A stretch of DNA of 64,000 nucleotides from Tubiluchus corallicola (taxonomy: Eukaryota; Animalia; Priapulida), in contig JAQGDQ010000009.1 in NCBI GenBank assembly GCA_030141605.1, positions 1,054,001-1,118,000 on the forward strand. Reading direction: 5' to 3'. The notes beneath the pieces are model-generated. The model was not told where the DNA came from. It worked only from the letters and a program-made list of their open reading frames with translations, and searched no databases. The number at the start of each line of letters is the position of its first letter. The stretch's first letter is position 1. The translations under genes and the position numbers were made by a program. Shown piece after piece: positions 15,001 to 28,900 of this stretch.

Positions 15001-18000
15001 TTTCAAAGACTGTTACCAATATTTTTGTTTTAGCTGAACTCGAAGGTAGTGAAACCATTTTAGTGAAAGTCCAGCTTTTACTAAGAACCCCGATCTAGGC
15101 ATCAGACCCTGAAGAGTTCGATAGAAAGTAAAGGCAGGAAAAACAAATGAGAAAACTAAACAAAGAAAAGTGGTCATGAGATTAAAAAAAGAACAAATTT
15201 GAACTTTGTTGAAATAAAATAAAGTAAAATCTTCTCAGTTTTTGTCTCTTGAAATGCTTACGAGAAAACGTTTGTGAAGAGTTACTGACTGAAATGTTGA
15301 TGACATAACAGACAATGAATTGCAATTTTTAAAATTCAGTGCCTAATGCCAGCAGTTGTTTACACTTTGTATACTGCATCATTGAAAGTATGTTTTCGTA
15401 AATCTAAATAACAGAAACTCGATTTCAAATCTGTATTAAAACTCTCTTACTGATATTGCTGGTGTTAAATTCTAACTAAAAAAGGCTAAAGTTATTTTGT
15501 CTTAGTTGATCAGAGGGAATATTGGAAGAAATCCCTGCGACTGCAACTAGTGTAATTACCAAGTTTCATTGTTGTGCCTGACTAACTTGCTGGCCATTGA
15601 AAAATTTCACTTTTTTACGCAATATTTGTTAATTCTGTTACAATGAGTATATGCAGGTATAAACAGCCAACGAATCTATTAGGAGAGTTTCTTAAGCTTT
15701 GTAATGATCACATTTTTGTGTCAAGATCAATGTGCATTTTTGGTAAATTTTCAGTGTTTTATGCTGTTTTGTTCAGTAAATAACGTGTTTTTCATGGGGT
15801 ACCGACAGATTTTTCTCAAATAGTTTAATTATTTGCTTACTTAAACAAAAATAGCCAACATCTTCAAATAGTTAATGAAATATAATGAATTTGAAATCTG
15901 TATTAAAATTTAAAAACTGGGAAAAATTATCACCAGCAGAAATGTAAGCCATGCGTTCATTTCAAACAGCAACTTTTATGCAGTTTGCACTTTACAGTGC
16001 CTGCATTCTTTCAGACTACTATAGCAGTATTTGTGTTTGTGTAAACTTCAAAACAAATAAATATATAAATTTTTCAGTGTATGTATTACTTCGACATTTG
16101 AAAAATATTTTTTTGAAAACAATTTAGAATCCTTTATATGATCAATGGTTAACTGACCTGGTTTTGGTTAGTTTTTGATTGGTAGAATAACATCCAACAG
16201 GGTTATCACATGAGATTATGTCGATGTCTCCCTGACAGATTCTGAACCAGGCAGTATCACATTATCAAATTAAGTGAAAAGATTTCTATGTATGACTACA
16301 TCCCCATTATGTATGACTATAGCAAGTTTTAGCAGAGCAAGTATTTTTCTAACGTCCATTTTAAATGACAGTGGTTTTTAATAGTTCTTATTTTTATTTT
16401 GGTCATCTAAGTTAATGCTACAGCCAGTTTTAAAAGAGCAAGTACTTTTCAAATATCCATTTTAAATGACAATGGTTTTCCATAGTTGTTGTTGTTATTT
16501 TGGTCATCTAACTCAATGCTCTACTCTGGCAAGTGTGCTGTTCTTGTAAAATCTAAGCCAGCCATTCATTTTAGAAATTCACAAGCGTTAGCTCAAGTCT
16601 TAGAAAAAATACAGTTATGCATTCATTTGCTCTATCCATCACTTTTTCCAGCTCCAGAAAATATTTTTTTCTTGGTAATTAATTAGATGTCCTTTCTTCA
16701 AAGTAAAAAAATTTGTAGCAATTTGTTTGTTAGTTAGAGTTGTTTGATTAATTAATTTTAAATTGATTCAATTCCAAAGATGTTTATCTACTCTAGTTGA
16801 AATTTAGTATTATGATTACCTAGGATATCAGTGTTGCAAAACAAAAAAATTGCAGCTCTTCGTTAGTTAGTTACCTTAGAACTGTTTAATATATAATGTG
16901 AATTTATATGAATATGAATGAATATGCTAAATCCAATGAAGTTTAAATATGCTGCAGATAACAGAAAATCCATTGTAATACGTAAGACTGAAGGTTCAAA
17001 GACTGTCAATATTTTGTTTTAGCTGAACTCAAGAGCAATGAAACCATATTGGTGAAAGTCCAGGCTTTTACAAATAATCCCGATGCAGGCAAATTTACAG
17101 AGCCAGAACAACTTGATATTTCTTCAGGCAGTAAGTAATGTTGCTGTTATCACTGAATAATTAAGATTTGTTATCTAAGTTAGTTATTCTTTTAAACTAC
17201 ATTACTTTATTTAGAATGCACTATTCAACTTTCCTGGAATTGTGTGTGAAATCTACAAAGAAGCATGTTCCCACTGAAGGTGACTAGCCTAAATGAGTTT
17301 AAAGAGCATTTTTAAAATCCTAAGAAATTTTCAAATATCATTTGTTCGCACATATTCTATTTTCAAATAATTAATGAAGATTTTTCTTCCTCAGTCAAAA
17401 CACCAAAACGTGTATGAGGCAAGTGCATTATCAAATAGCTCAAAAACACCTGAAATATTTTAAAACAGTAATTTTGATTCCATAAGATCCTTAATATAAA
17501 ATAAAGAGATGCATATAGGTAACAAATTTCCATTTTCGAGAGTAGAACTGTGTTTTTAAATTGTTTTTTCGACTGCTGTGCCATCTTAATTATCTCTTAA
17601 TTAATGCTGTCAAGTCATCTATTTTTTAAACCGGGTCAATACTCACAGAAAAGTTTTTTTCAGATTTTAAATGCTGGGCTGCTTGTGATTTGCTTCCGTC
17701 ATTCGTAATTGGTGCTTTGCATATTTTTACAATTCAGCTGGGTGTAACATGATTTATCTTTTCTATATATCATGAGTACAATTTGACATGCTTTTCCAAT
17801 ATAATGCAATCAGCAGCTCTATTGCAAAGGTGCATTGGTAGACAATTATTATAAAATTGCTTATAGTTTTAAAAAAGATATTCACTATTTCATACTATTA
17901 TTGTATTCTTACAGAACCAAACCCTCCTACAGATCTTGCCTGTGAAACTCAAAGCTATAATAGTGTGAGTTGCACATGGAAAAGACCAGATGTTACAAAT

Positions 18001-21000
18001 GGCCCAATTTATAGCTACACAGTAAGATTTACAATGGACAACTGGGAAACTTACGATGATCTTACGACAATAGATGACTTTACATTTGCAACTTTAAGTA
18101 TGGCATTTTACTGTGGAAACAATTTTTGCTTTTCTTTAATAATTAGTTGATAGACTTATGTTTATACACTCATATCTTGGTTTCCGGACCTCACTTTTAT
18201 AGATATCAGAAAAATCGGACAAAATCTGCACCGTTAAAATCCCACATACTACGGACACGGTCCATTGTTTCGCGAGCTGCCCGCTAGTTGTTGGGCCGTC
18301 ACTTTGTTTGCGTCTTTACATCAGTGCACCTAGCACTGTGTAACGGCATGTGTGTAGCTTGCATGGCAGGAGCCACCCATACTAGACGTTTTTGAGACAG
18401 CTAGGTTATTGATTCTGTGTTACCGTGAATCTAATAGACAGGACCTACTGTATTAACATAGTATCTGTAAATACAGACATTCAGCAAATTCGGACCGACG
18501 TCTACAGTCCGGCAAAGCAGGATGTGAGTGTATACCCTGGTCACTTAAATTGTTTTCGTAACAATTGTGTAACGGCATGTGTGTAGCTTGCATGGCAGGA
18601 GCCACCCATACTAGACGTTTTTGAGACAGCTAGGTTATTGATTCTGTGTTACCGTGAATCTAATAGACAGGACCTACTGTATTAACATAGTATCTGTAAA
18701 TACAGACATTCAGCAAATTCGGACCGACGTCTACAGTCCGGCAAAGCAGGATGTGAGTGTATACCCTGGTCACTTAAATTGTTTTCGTGAGCATAGAAAA
18801 CTTTGTAAACTACTTGTACAGTTTTACAGGAAAACATTTTTTAGGATGCACAACAAGTTAAAACTTTTGTCAGCTTTAGTAACTAACGTTCTGCCATTTC
18901 TCATTTAACAATGTTGTCTATTTAGTATTGTCTGTTTAATATATTCACAGACTGTTTTCTGTCAAATTAGTAATAATTATTAATTGTTTTTTAATGCAAT
19001 TTGTTATGTAGCTGTGAATGGCGACAAGACAATAAAAATTAAAGTTGCTGCAAATGGTTATGTGAGGAGCGATTTTTCAGAGGAAGTGGAAGCCATTACA
19101 CCTGTTGGGCCACGTAAGTTAAACTCTTCTGTCATTACATTTTAATTTTAGACGGCCTTGTAACTTTTTATTAGCCCTAGCTCATTCGTATTTGTATATT
19201 TTACTGTCTTTTCCACAACCTGATTACCGCACTGCACTATTATTTCCTTACTTTTTGTTCTTCTAGAGAAAATGTACAACTCAGTAAAACTAAATGCAGA
19301 AGATGTTCATTTAGACTTAGAGGTAGTCGTAAAAACTGAAACTCTTTGAAACACATTTTATATTCTTCAAATGCAGTGCCAAACCTGGAATTCGGTTATT
19401 TGAAAAATATCGGAGATTGTTACATTTGCAGAGCATTAGGTGGAATTTGGGAAGGTGTTTGTATTCAACTGAACAGCGAAATTATTTTATTGAGCAACAT
19501 CCTGATCAAGCTTTTACTTTTTTTATTTTCATTTATTTTAAACTAATTTGTACTACAACTGAAAATAAATTCAACTGCCCATCTAGTTTTTAGTCAGAGT
19601 TACAATACATCTTATACTACTAAGTCTGGAGTTGTTAATTATGAAATATCATAAATTATTTAGCTTGGTAGTTTGTTTAGGTAGGTAATATTAAGTATTA
19701 CTGATTTTTTTTATGTGACTTTGTTATAACTTTGTTGAACTTTCTAAATTTGTAGCTCCATCAGTTGATTCTGGTGATGTACTATCAGCTTCGTCTGACA
19801 ACAAAAAATCTGTGACTATAGAAATACCATCCAATTACTTCAAAAATGATAATGGAGAAATAACCAGTTATGCAATCCTGGTAGCAAATAAGGAGTATGA
19901 GAGTCAGCTTGGTAAGTATTTGTTATCAAAATTTATTAATTGAAAGTTTGTTACAATGAATGATGACATTCTAATAAATTTCCAACGGGGAGTGTAATTT
20001 AGATATCTTTTACATAGTAGAAACCAGTAAATAAATATTTGTTCATGAAAGATATTAGTATATGTACTTAGAGTTGCAACTTATTTATAAGAGATTTTAG
20101 TCAACACAACTTTTCAGCAACTTACATAAATGCTCTACAGAAGTTGTTGATGAATGAGCACAGATAGTATTTTTCTTCATTGGTCTTCTTACTGACCATT
20201 TTTATTAAAAAGGGAAAAAGCTACTTTTTTATTTAGCTGTTTTATTGCCATTAAATAGCCCATTTTATTTCTGTCTTCATAGTTCATACATAGTGCAACA
20301 CGACATTGGACGTGAATAACAGCATTTCTCTTTTACCTTGTTTTTTTATGATATTAGTTGGTATTTTTGCTGGTCTTTAAATGTAATAAGTACGAAAGCA
20401 TTAGTGTTAAATCTGCTTATATTTTGCTCTAGTTTCTTTATTTATTGGGTATTCTAATGTAAAACATCTTTGCCATGATTTTATAATGTCATTACCTAAG
20501 TGTTAATGATACAATGCTTTAGTTACTATTGTTTACATTGTTTTTGAAAACTACATTTTTAGCTTTCTGTCAGTTTATTGTGGGCATTGTTATCAATACA
20601 AATTTTATGGACTGCCTTCTATTAATATTATAATTTTTGTATAACTTGCACAATTCCCAATGTGTAGAAATTTTATAACAACATATCCTTGTGCTATTGC
20701 AAAATTAAGATTTCATACATGATCTATGTAATTATTTTAACTGTATATTACTTATAATACTACATATCCGTTCTACAGTTATGTAAATAAATAGTCACAG
20801 TGGAATACCACATTTCTGAAGAACTAAGAAAAAATGTTGCAAGTATTGCAATTGTTACTGGTGTAACTGCTGATTTATTCATGCAGCTTCTGTTGTATTT
20901 TGTTCAATGAATAAGTAAACCTAATTCAATTATACTTAATTTTACTTATTAATGAGTGCTTACGCAGTTATTTGGCATTTCTGATTTTAGTAAACAATGT

Positions 21001-22975
21001 CTTCATGATGAAACTGTTATTATTAGTATTAAATAGAATAACTTATGTTAATTATCTTCTTAAACTTGCTGATATTTTGTCTCATACAGTTCCTGTTGAT
21101 AAACCCCAAGAATGTGAAAACTGTGCAGAAATTGTGAGACTGAACACATGGGCCTGGGCCGTAAATGCTAATGCTAAGATTTTCAGACCTTATCAGGCTT
21201 CTAGACCTGGAAAAAACCCATTCAATGCACAGAGTAAAATCTACACGGATAATCTTGTATCAGAAAATGCACCAGAAGCTCGCGGAGGATGGAAATACAG
21301 TTTATCTGCCGGCAAGTACCTATTTTATCTAATTAAGAATGTTTACTGATTTTTGTTACACCTGTTTTATATGATTGAGTCTTTGTGTTTAAGTTCTGTA
21401 GTTGCTGCTCTTACTGATATTGCTGGTGTTAAATTCTAACTAAACAAGGCTAAAGTTATTTTGTCTTAATTTATTAGAGCAATATTAGAAGAACTCCCTG
21501 CGACTACAACTAGGGCAATTGCAAGTTTCACTGTTGTGCCCGATTAACTTGCTGGTCATTGAAAAATTTCTCTTTTTACACTATTCGTTAATTTTGTTAC
21601 AATGAATATTTGCAGTTATAAACAGCCAATGGATCTATTAGGAGAGTTTCTTAAGCTTTGTAATGATCACATTTTTGTGTCATAATCGTTCTTAGATTTT
21701 GTGCATTTACATTCATTGTCCTGCTGTAGCTTCTAACATAACACTGTCGGAATGGGCATTACAGAAGTTGATATTGCTATAGCGACTGAGTAATCTTTCG
21801 TCTGCTGTCTAGGGTCGAGTTAAAAAAAACAGTGCAATTGTGTAATTGCAATACTTGCATTTGTATGTCTTTACACCTTGACGGAACACTATTTAATATA
21901 ATTTATTATATGCTTAACTTTCATCCATAAAATATTATATTTGGCCACTAGGTTATAGAACAAAGCGAAATACAAAGCTAATATATACAATTGGTGCAAA
22001 TGAGGATTGCGATAAGAATGCACTTGCCGTATACTGCAATGGTCCACTTAAAGATGGCCAAGAATACGTGTAAGTAAGATTAGTTATCAGCACGTTTGCA
22101 AGTATCATTTGTTCAGTAATATATAAAATATCTATATGCTTTACACTAATTGTGTTTTTATTAACTGAAAAATTAAAAATCAAAAACCGCTTACTATCAC
22201 AGTTACCATCAGATGAAGAAAGTTAGGTGTGAAGTGCTAAAAAAGTTAGAAAAATTAGAATTAGCTGAACTTTAATACATTATGCTTTACGTTAGACACA
22301 GAAATAAAGGTTTGAATTCTTTGTCCACAATACCACAGACTGCTATTGCCTTGCAAATGAGGACAGGAGGATTGATAGGAAACTTTGGTCTGTTAGAAAT
22401 TATGTTAAAAATTCTGCAAATTGCTCTGTTCAGTTGGGTGGGTTGAGTGCAAAGTGCCACCACATTTACTGTGGGTACTGGTGCAGTGCACTTTAGAAGA
22501 TTTACATGAATGTCAAATAAACTAATGGGGTTCATGCAGATGGATTTCACGAGAAGAGATAGTGGACAGTAGCTAAAAATCGGCTTGTGTGGTGACAGAA
22601 GGTAGACAGTTATATTTCGTTAAACCAGGAAAGCCCAGATAATTGTAAATTTTCCAAGTTAACAATTGAAGTGGGGAAAAAAAGACAGTTTCTATTTTTC
22701 TAATATTGTGAGTAAAATTGTCAATATGGGAGGTAGCCATGGAGAAGAACTGCTTACCATTTACACCGTTTGTATATTTTAACTCGATAAGGTTATTTGT
22801 TTGTATTATTTTGTTGTGCTGTTTCCATATGTTTTGCCTAAATTACATAAGGGTGTTAATTTTACTATGTTGTTTATTTTGAAGAATATATTGTTTGTTT
22901 TATGTTGTAGGATAAAAGTTAGAGCTTTCACTGCAGGAGGATATGTTGATTCACACTTAATTCCTGCTAAAATTT
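66..22975 (+). CDS. Gene A ectodomain exons: eight FN3 domains plus the membrane-proximal FN3-like (PTPRJ-type) region
   Basis: W-x-x-P...NG-x-I-x-x-Y and L-x-P-x-x-x-Y...A-x-N/T-x-x-G-x-G FN3 signatures; exons are phase 1-1 through 21311; YTIGANEDC...YCNGPLKDGQEY and IKVRAFT precede the TM. Confidence 0.88.
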
Positions 22976-25900
22976 GTAAGTTCGTTTAATAGCATTGAAA
23001 TTCTCTGTGATATTTAAATACTGACGAGTGTTTGTGCTACCCTTAATAATCTTATTTTTGCAGCAGACCCAGGTATTTAACGACGTTTCTCAACCTTGCT
23101 TTAATTAGTGTGATTACAGCGTTTTGTGGTATTTTTACAAATTTGTCCAAGGTTTTTCTGGTGCATGTTATCATTTATTTTTCAGCTTCCAAATTGTTAT
23201 GGCTTGTTGGTCTTGCAGCAGGCATATTGCCATTATGTGCACTGATCATTATTGCTCTAATGTACATCAAGCGGTCTAAAAAATCGTAAGTATACCGTAT
23301 GTGAGGGAAATAAATCTCTACTCATGCTTAAGACATTTGTAGCTACAGTTGTGGTCATTTGATTTCAGGATATCAATCTTTTTATTGTCCATTTTTTAAG
23401 TCACTGATGAAATCTCAATTTCTTTTGTTATCAATTTTAGTTGAGAGTTTCAATTTTAGATCAGTATTAAGTGGCCAGTTCTTCAGTTTGGGTAATTATT
23501 TGTAATTGTTATTTACGTTAAGGCCTAAATAGAACCATATCTGAATGCTGATAAGCTGTATGAATCTTCACCTGTTAACCGTTATATTTCTTTATTATTC
23601 AGAAAAAGTATTAATGAGGAAGATCTAGTAGAGCTGCATAAATTGGATGAGTGTATCTATGAGGACATTAGCAAACATTTTCGTAAAAGGTAGGACTATA
23701 TAAGTAATTGAAGACATTTTGAATTCAGAATCATCAGAAAGACATAATTATTGATAATTTTATGCAAATTACTTTTTTACATTTTTTAATTTTGCTAAGC
23801 CTTCATACCTAATGATGTTGGCGTAGCTGCATTGTTTGTTTTGTGCTTGGCTTCCTGAAATTTGTCAAAAAGGTGGAACAGTTATACATTATAGTGTATT
23901 TGTCATTATGCAGTACAGTAGTCACCGCTTAATAGACTCAAAAATGCCTGGAACGGGCCGCTTCTATTCAAATATACATAAAAACTATCGGTAACTTCCC
24001 TTATTTGTATGTGCCCAAACAGCCTTTCCTACTTTTATGTCATCTTTACTTTCCTTTTGTGGATTATATATGTAGAAACAATCATGTTAAGTACCGTTTT
24101 GTTTGGAAACAGGTACGTTTATCATGCGCTAATACGTTATTGTAGCGGTTTTGCTTTGAATCTGTTACCCGCTCGCCTACTGCAATTAATCTGGAAGCTA
24201 AACTTGCCTAGTGGTTTCTTTTTGATGCTCTTGTTGTAAATCATGCTTTCAGGCTTAATGAATTAACAGTCAAAGATGCAGGTACAGTATAATCAGCCGG
24301 TATTCCTTGTGACTTACGAGAGTGAACATCATACAGAAAATAAGGGCATATAGTTAAGCAGTTTGAAAAATGGAGCATAAGCATAAAGATCTAACAGTTA
24401 AGGAGAAACTGAAAATTTTAGAGCAGTACGATAGGCTTCCAAAGATGGGGCAGAGGTGTGCAGCAGCGCAGTTGAAAATTTCCCAAATACTCTCGGCAGA
24501 ATATTGAAAAAAACAATCTGAAATTGAGCAGTCAGCAAGCCAAAATGAGAATCTAGCATCTAAGAGGCGACACACAGGAAAAGACTGTGAAGTGGAGTCA
24601 GCGTTAAAAGTGTGGTTTACAAACACAAGAGAAAAAGATGCTCAAGTGAACGCTACTTTAATGCGACAGAAAGCAGAAGATTTGGCAAAGAAAATGCCCA
24701 AGCACGCCAAGCGCTAAATGTTTTATGAAAATACGTGCATCACACAGCAACAGATTTTCAACGTTTTTATAATTACGAGAACTTTGTGAGCCAACTTCTT
24801 CGCGAGAAAATGAAGCAGCCAACTTTGAAGAAATTTTTGTAATTTTTGCAAATAAACAGACTTGTGTGATCTAGAAAAGTAACTGCACAAAGGAATTTAG
24901 GCATAACTTCATTTCTAAAATTGATTAACTGCTTTTGCAGTGCGTAAGCTTATGACTCAAACTTCTATAGCAGTAATACTACACCCATAGGTTAATAGGT
25001 TCACTCAGTTAATTGGGTCAAAACACGTCGGTCCCAAAGTGAGTCTATTAAGCGTCGACTACTGTAGCTAAGAATAATGCTGGTTAAGCAGCTATAAATA
25101 GTGTTTCTGAATTCATAACATTTTGCTTTTAGACCTGTACCAGTTTCCAAGTTTGCTGATTATGTACGATATGTTGGCGAAAGGAAAATACTTCGAGCCG
25201 AGTTTAAGGTATTTTGTTTCTCAAAACTTTTCTTTAACCTGTAAATAATAGATTTGACTTTAATCGCTCCAGCTTTCTTGTACAAAGCAGTTGATTTGTG
25301 TAATTAAGTTGTTAGTAAATTCCTTTCTTTATGTTTGTTTATTTGAATTGTAAAAGAAATTAGAGTCATTGAAATTAATGCTAGTTTTCATTGCATATCA
25401 GGAGCTGATAGACATGAGCCCAAAACACTGTACAACGGTTGGACAAATGCCGGAAAATTTGTTAGCTCAAAAGAATCGGTTTGCAGAAATTGTGCCATGT
25501 ACGTCTGTGCATTTGCTAGATCTCACTTTTGTAGTCCTCACTGACATACCGTGTATGCGTGTGCATTTGCTAGATGTCGCTTTAGTAGTCCTGTCAAACG
25601 TATCATGTACGCGTGTGCATTTGCTAAATCTCGCTTTTGTAGCCTCACTGACATACCGTGTACAGTGTGCATTTGCACAACCTTGCTTTAGTAATTGTCT
25701 CAAACGTATCATGTATGTGTGTGCATTTTCTAAATCTCGCTTTAGTACTCCTCTCAAACATACCTAGTGCATATGTGGATTTGTTAAATCTTGCTTTAGC
25801 ACTCTCAAACGTACCATAATCACTTTTACTACCAAATATTATTGTTACCAAAATGTATTTATTACGTGTGTGTCAAGCCAAATAATTAAACAGACGCACT

Positions 25901-28900
25901 GAACAAACAGCTTTCTGTTACCTGCACAAATCATGCAGATGAAACATGGATCTGTGTTAGCAGTGTTGCTTCACTTGCATGTTTGCAGAACTATTTTACA
26001 TACTTAAGCGTTTATTATTAACTGTGATTATGAATTATTATCCTGTGGTTATTAGTCTTTGATGTAGAATATCACACTTCCTCGGGTGAACATACAAGCC
26101 TAGCACCCACATAAAGTGCGACATTGCAAATGTCTTGTGTAAATAATGAATTTAATTTGATTAGTTTGTGGAACTGCCATTCACTAGAACATGCCACATA
26201 TTAACTCAGAATTAAATGATGAATTTAATAAAATACAATTATCTTTTTCTAAAAATTCTCTTTGCATTTTGTTTTTAGATGATCATTCTCGAGTCACTTT
26301 ACTTCCTATCAGTGGTGATACCTCGTCGGATTATATCAATGCTAGTTTTGTGAAGGTATTTTTACATACATATCACTAGTGACAATGCAATAATGCTGAA
26401 TCGGAACTCTTGCAAATGCATATATGCACAATACAAGAATCAGCTAAATCACTCTGTTTTGCTGTAATTACAAGATATGATGAAACTATATGTTCTTAAT
26501 TTGTTTGCTCCAGTTCAATGGACTGTAAAAAAGTTAACGTAAAGTTCGATTTATTTAAATCCTAGATTTAAATGCCATGCACATACAAGAAAGAGATTGT
26601 TAACTTCGTGTAAATTATGACTGCTTTGGAATTATGGACGCAAGTAAGTTAAATGATTTAGTGATACTGATGTGTATTGCTATAACATAGTGTTCTATAG
26701 CAAGAAAACTAACCGGCTCTAAAATTTTCTGGTGCCCACTAGTGATTTTCCAGTAGACTTATGAAGCCAAGTTTGATGCTTCCAAAATTCTCATGAATCT
26801 TAGACTCAGCAGCCAAATTGTCATGTGGTTCCTCTTGTAATTAATATTTCAGTAAACTTTTAAAAATAATGAGGGACCTATGACAACTCCTTGTGTTGAA
26901 ATAGACGCCTAACATAAGAATCGGCATTATCAAAGTTAAATCGATAAGTATTATTCTATACTGTACATTTTATATTGCAATGCAGGTTTACATAACCTTA
27001 TGTTGTAAAATTTCGATGTGGGCTTAATACATTATGCATAAAATTGCCTGACCGTATATTAAGAAAAACATGGTTTTTGGTTCAACGGTTCAGCTTAGTG
27101 AACCTTTACTCTCAGTCTTAGCTGTCTGTCTATGATCTGAGACCGCTGATCCGATTCAAACCAAACTGGTGGGGTCTGAACTCTAACTGTGCAGTAGAAA
27201 TTGATTACCATGGTAACCATGGTTGCTTTGCAACGCATGATTATCTTCTAAAATTTGTACTTCACGGCTTTAAAAATTATCTCCTCCAAAATTGCTGATA
27301 TAGTGAAGGTGTGACTTGGTATTGTGGTACCTCTAATAATTATCTGAAACATGTCTGAGTGGAAGTTTAGAAATTTTATCTGTCTGTCTGTCTGCTTGTG
27401 TTTCCTCATTATTTCTCCAAGATCGCTGATTCTATTCCAACCAAACTTGTACAACAGGTGAGATCCATTTGGAACAAAGTTGCCTAGCAATGTCCGAAAA
27501 ACTTAAATTTCTAAAACTGGTACTTTTCTAGCAACTTTACTTATAACTTCAAAGCTGCTGAGGTAGTGAAGACGAAACCCTGTACTGTGATTCGAGGTAT
27601 AATTATCGAAAGTTCTAAGCATTTGCTGTTTTGAAATATGAGCACCATTATGACACCATAGTTATTTCAGGATTTATAATATCCATTATTTCTGGCCAAC
27701 TGGCTTGCATATTTTGAGTTGATTTATGTACAATTAATTTCACCCAAATTTACCATTATTCACTTTTAATAAGTTATAACAGGCACATTGTTGTATTTCT
27801 AAACTTTGCAATAGGGCCGAAGCTTCATTCGATTTTCTGCAGTGATGACTTTACAACAATCAACTTAGAGGAAAAAAACAGATGACAAGGTTACTGTGCA
27901 ATATTTGATGTTAGCTTAATTTTGACTGCTCCATTTTTAGGGTAATGACTCCCCTAGGGAATACATTGTAGCACAGTCACCCATGAAATCTACAGTGAAT
28001 GAATGGTGGAGGATGATTTGGGAGAACAATGTTGACATTGTTTTAATGCTTGAACAACTTGTGGAGAAAAATCAGGTACCGAATTTACTTGCTTTTTACT
28101 ACAAATACTTATGCCATGCAACAATTAGCAGAATATTTCCAAAATTTAAGTAATTTGATACCAGTTACACCCAGCTAGATAAGCTGTTTTATTAGCAAAA
28201 GTCTGCATATTGTGAGATTTAGTGTATATTGGTTATCAGAGCAGTTCACTTTTCTGACAAATTTTCTAGCTGACAAAAACAACAAATTGCAAATACAGTA
28301 GGTACTGTTTAGTAGACTCACGGTTAATAGACTCAGTCGTTTAATTTACTCAGAAACACCTGGAAAGGCCGCTTCTATTCAAATGTATATAAAAACTGTC
28401 GGTAATTGACTCAAATAGCTCCGCATAATTGTCTCAATTTTATTACTTCAGGCACTTAAAATAAGATGCTTATGTGTGACCAAAGAGCTTTTACTGTTTT
28501 TACATCTTCTTTACATGGATTTTGTGCACTATAATATATGTAAAAACAGTGATATGCACAGCTTTGTTTGTAAGTTGGTGAAGTACATTTATCACATGCA
28601 CTAATATGTTAGCTTAGTGGTAATGCTTTGAATCTGCCACATGCTTGTCCACTGCAGTTAACCTCATTGTTTGTGGAAGCTAAACATTTAATCACTTGCT
28701 CAAATGCAGCTCAAGCACTAGGTGACTAGGTGTTCTGCGTGAACATGTACAGCATACAGCAACAGATTTTCGACGTTTTTATCATTATGAAAATTTCATA
28801 AACCAACTTTTTCGTGAAGAAGTGAAGCAACCGACCGTCCATGAATTTTTGTAATTTTTAGCAACAATAATCAGTTTTTTGGAATTTTTTCTTTTTTTGT

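Larger units (their letters stand above)
9496..23000. repeat. Left arm of the inverted duplication (pairs with about 53600-64000)
   Basis: 9496 ttattgtaag... is the reverse complement of the last bases of the window. Introns are nearly identical up to about 15095, patchily alignable to about 22250, and unalignable from the TM exon on. Confidence 0.92.

Noticed and set aside
24354-24626. Minus-strand 90-aa ORF (likewise 21953-22183, 53961-54200, 8856-9101, 178-372, 35705-35899)
   Set aside because: These are antisense shadows of real exons, of the GPCR or of the transposase remnant.
25402-25498. KNRF instead of KNRY as a sign of inactivity
   Set aside because: Gene B also has KNRF, and as I recall so does Drosophila PTP10D, so it is a family trait.
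25499-25815. CRISPR-like array
   Set aside because: Contiguous degenerate tandem units with no unique spacers, inside a eukaryotic intron.
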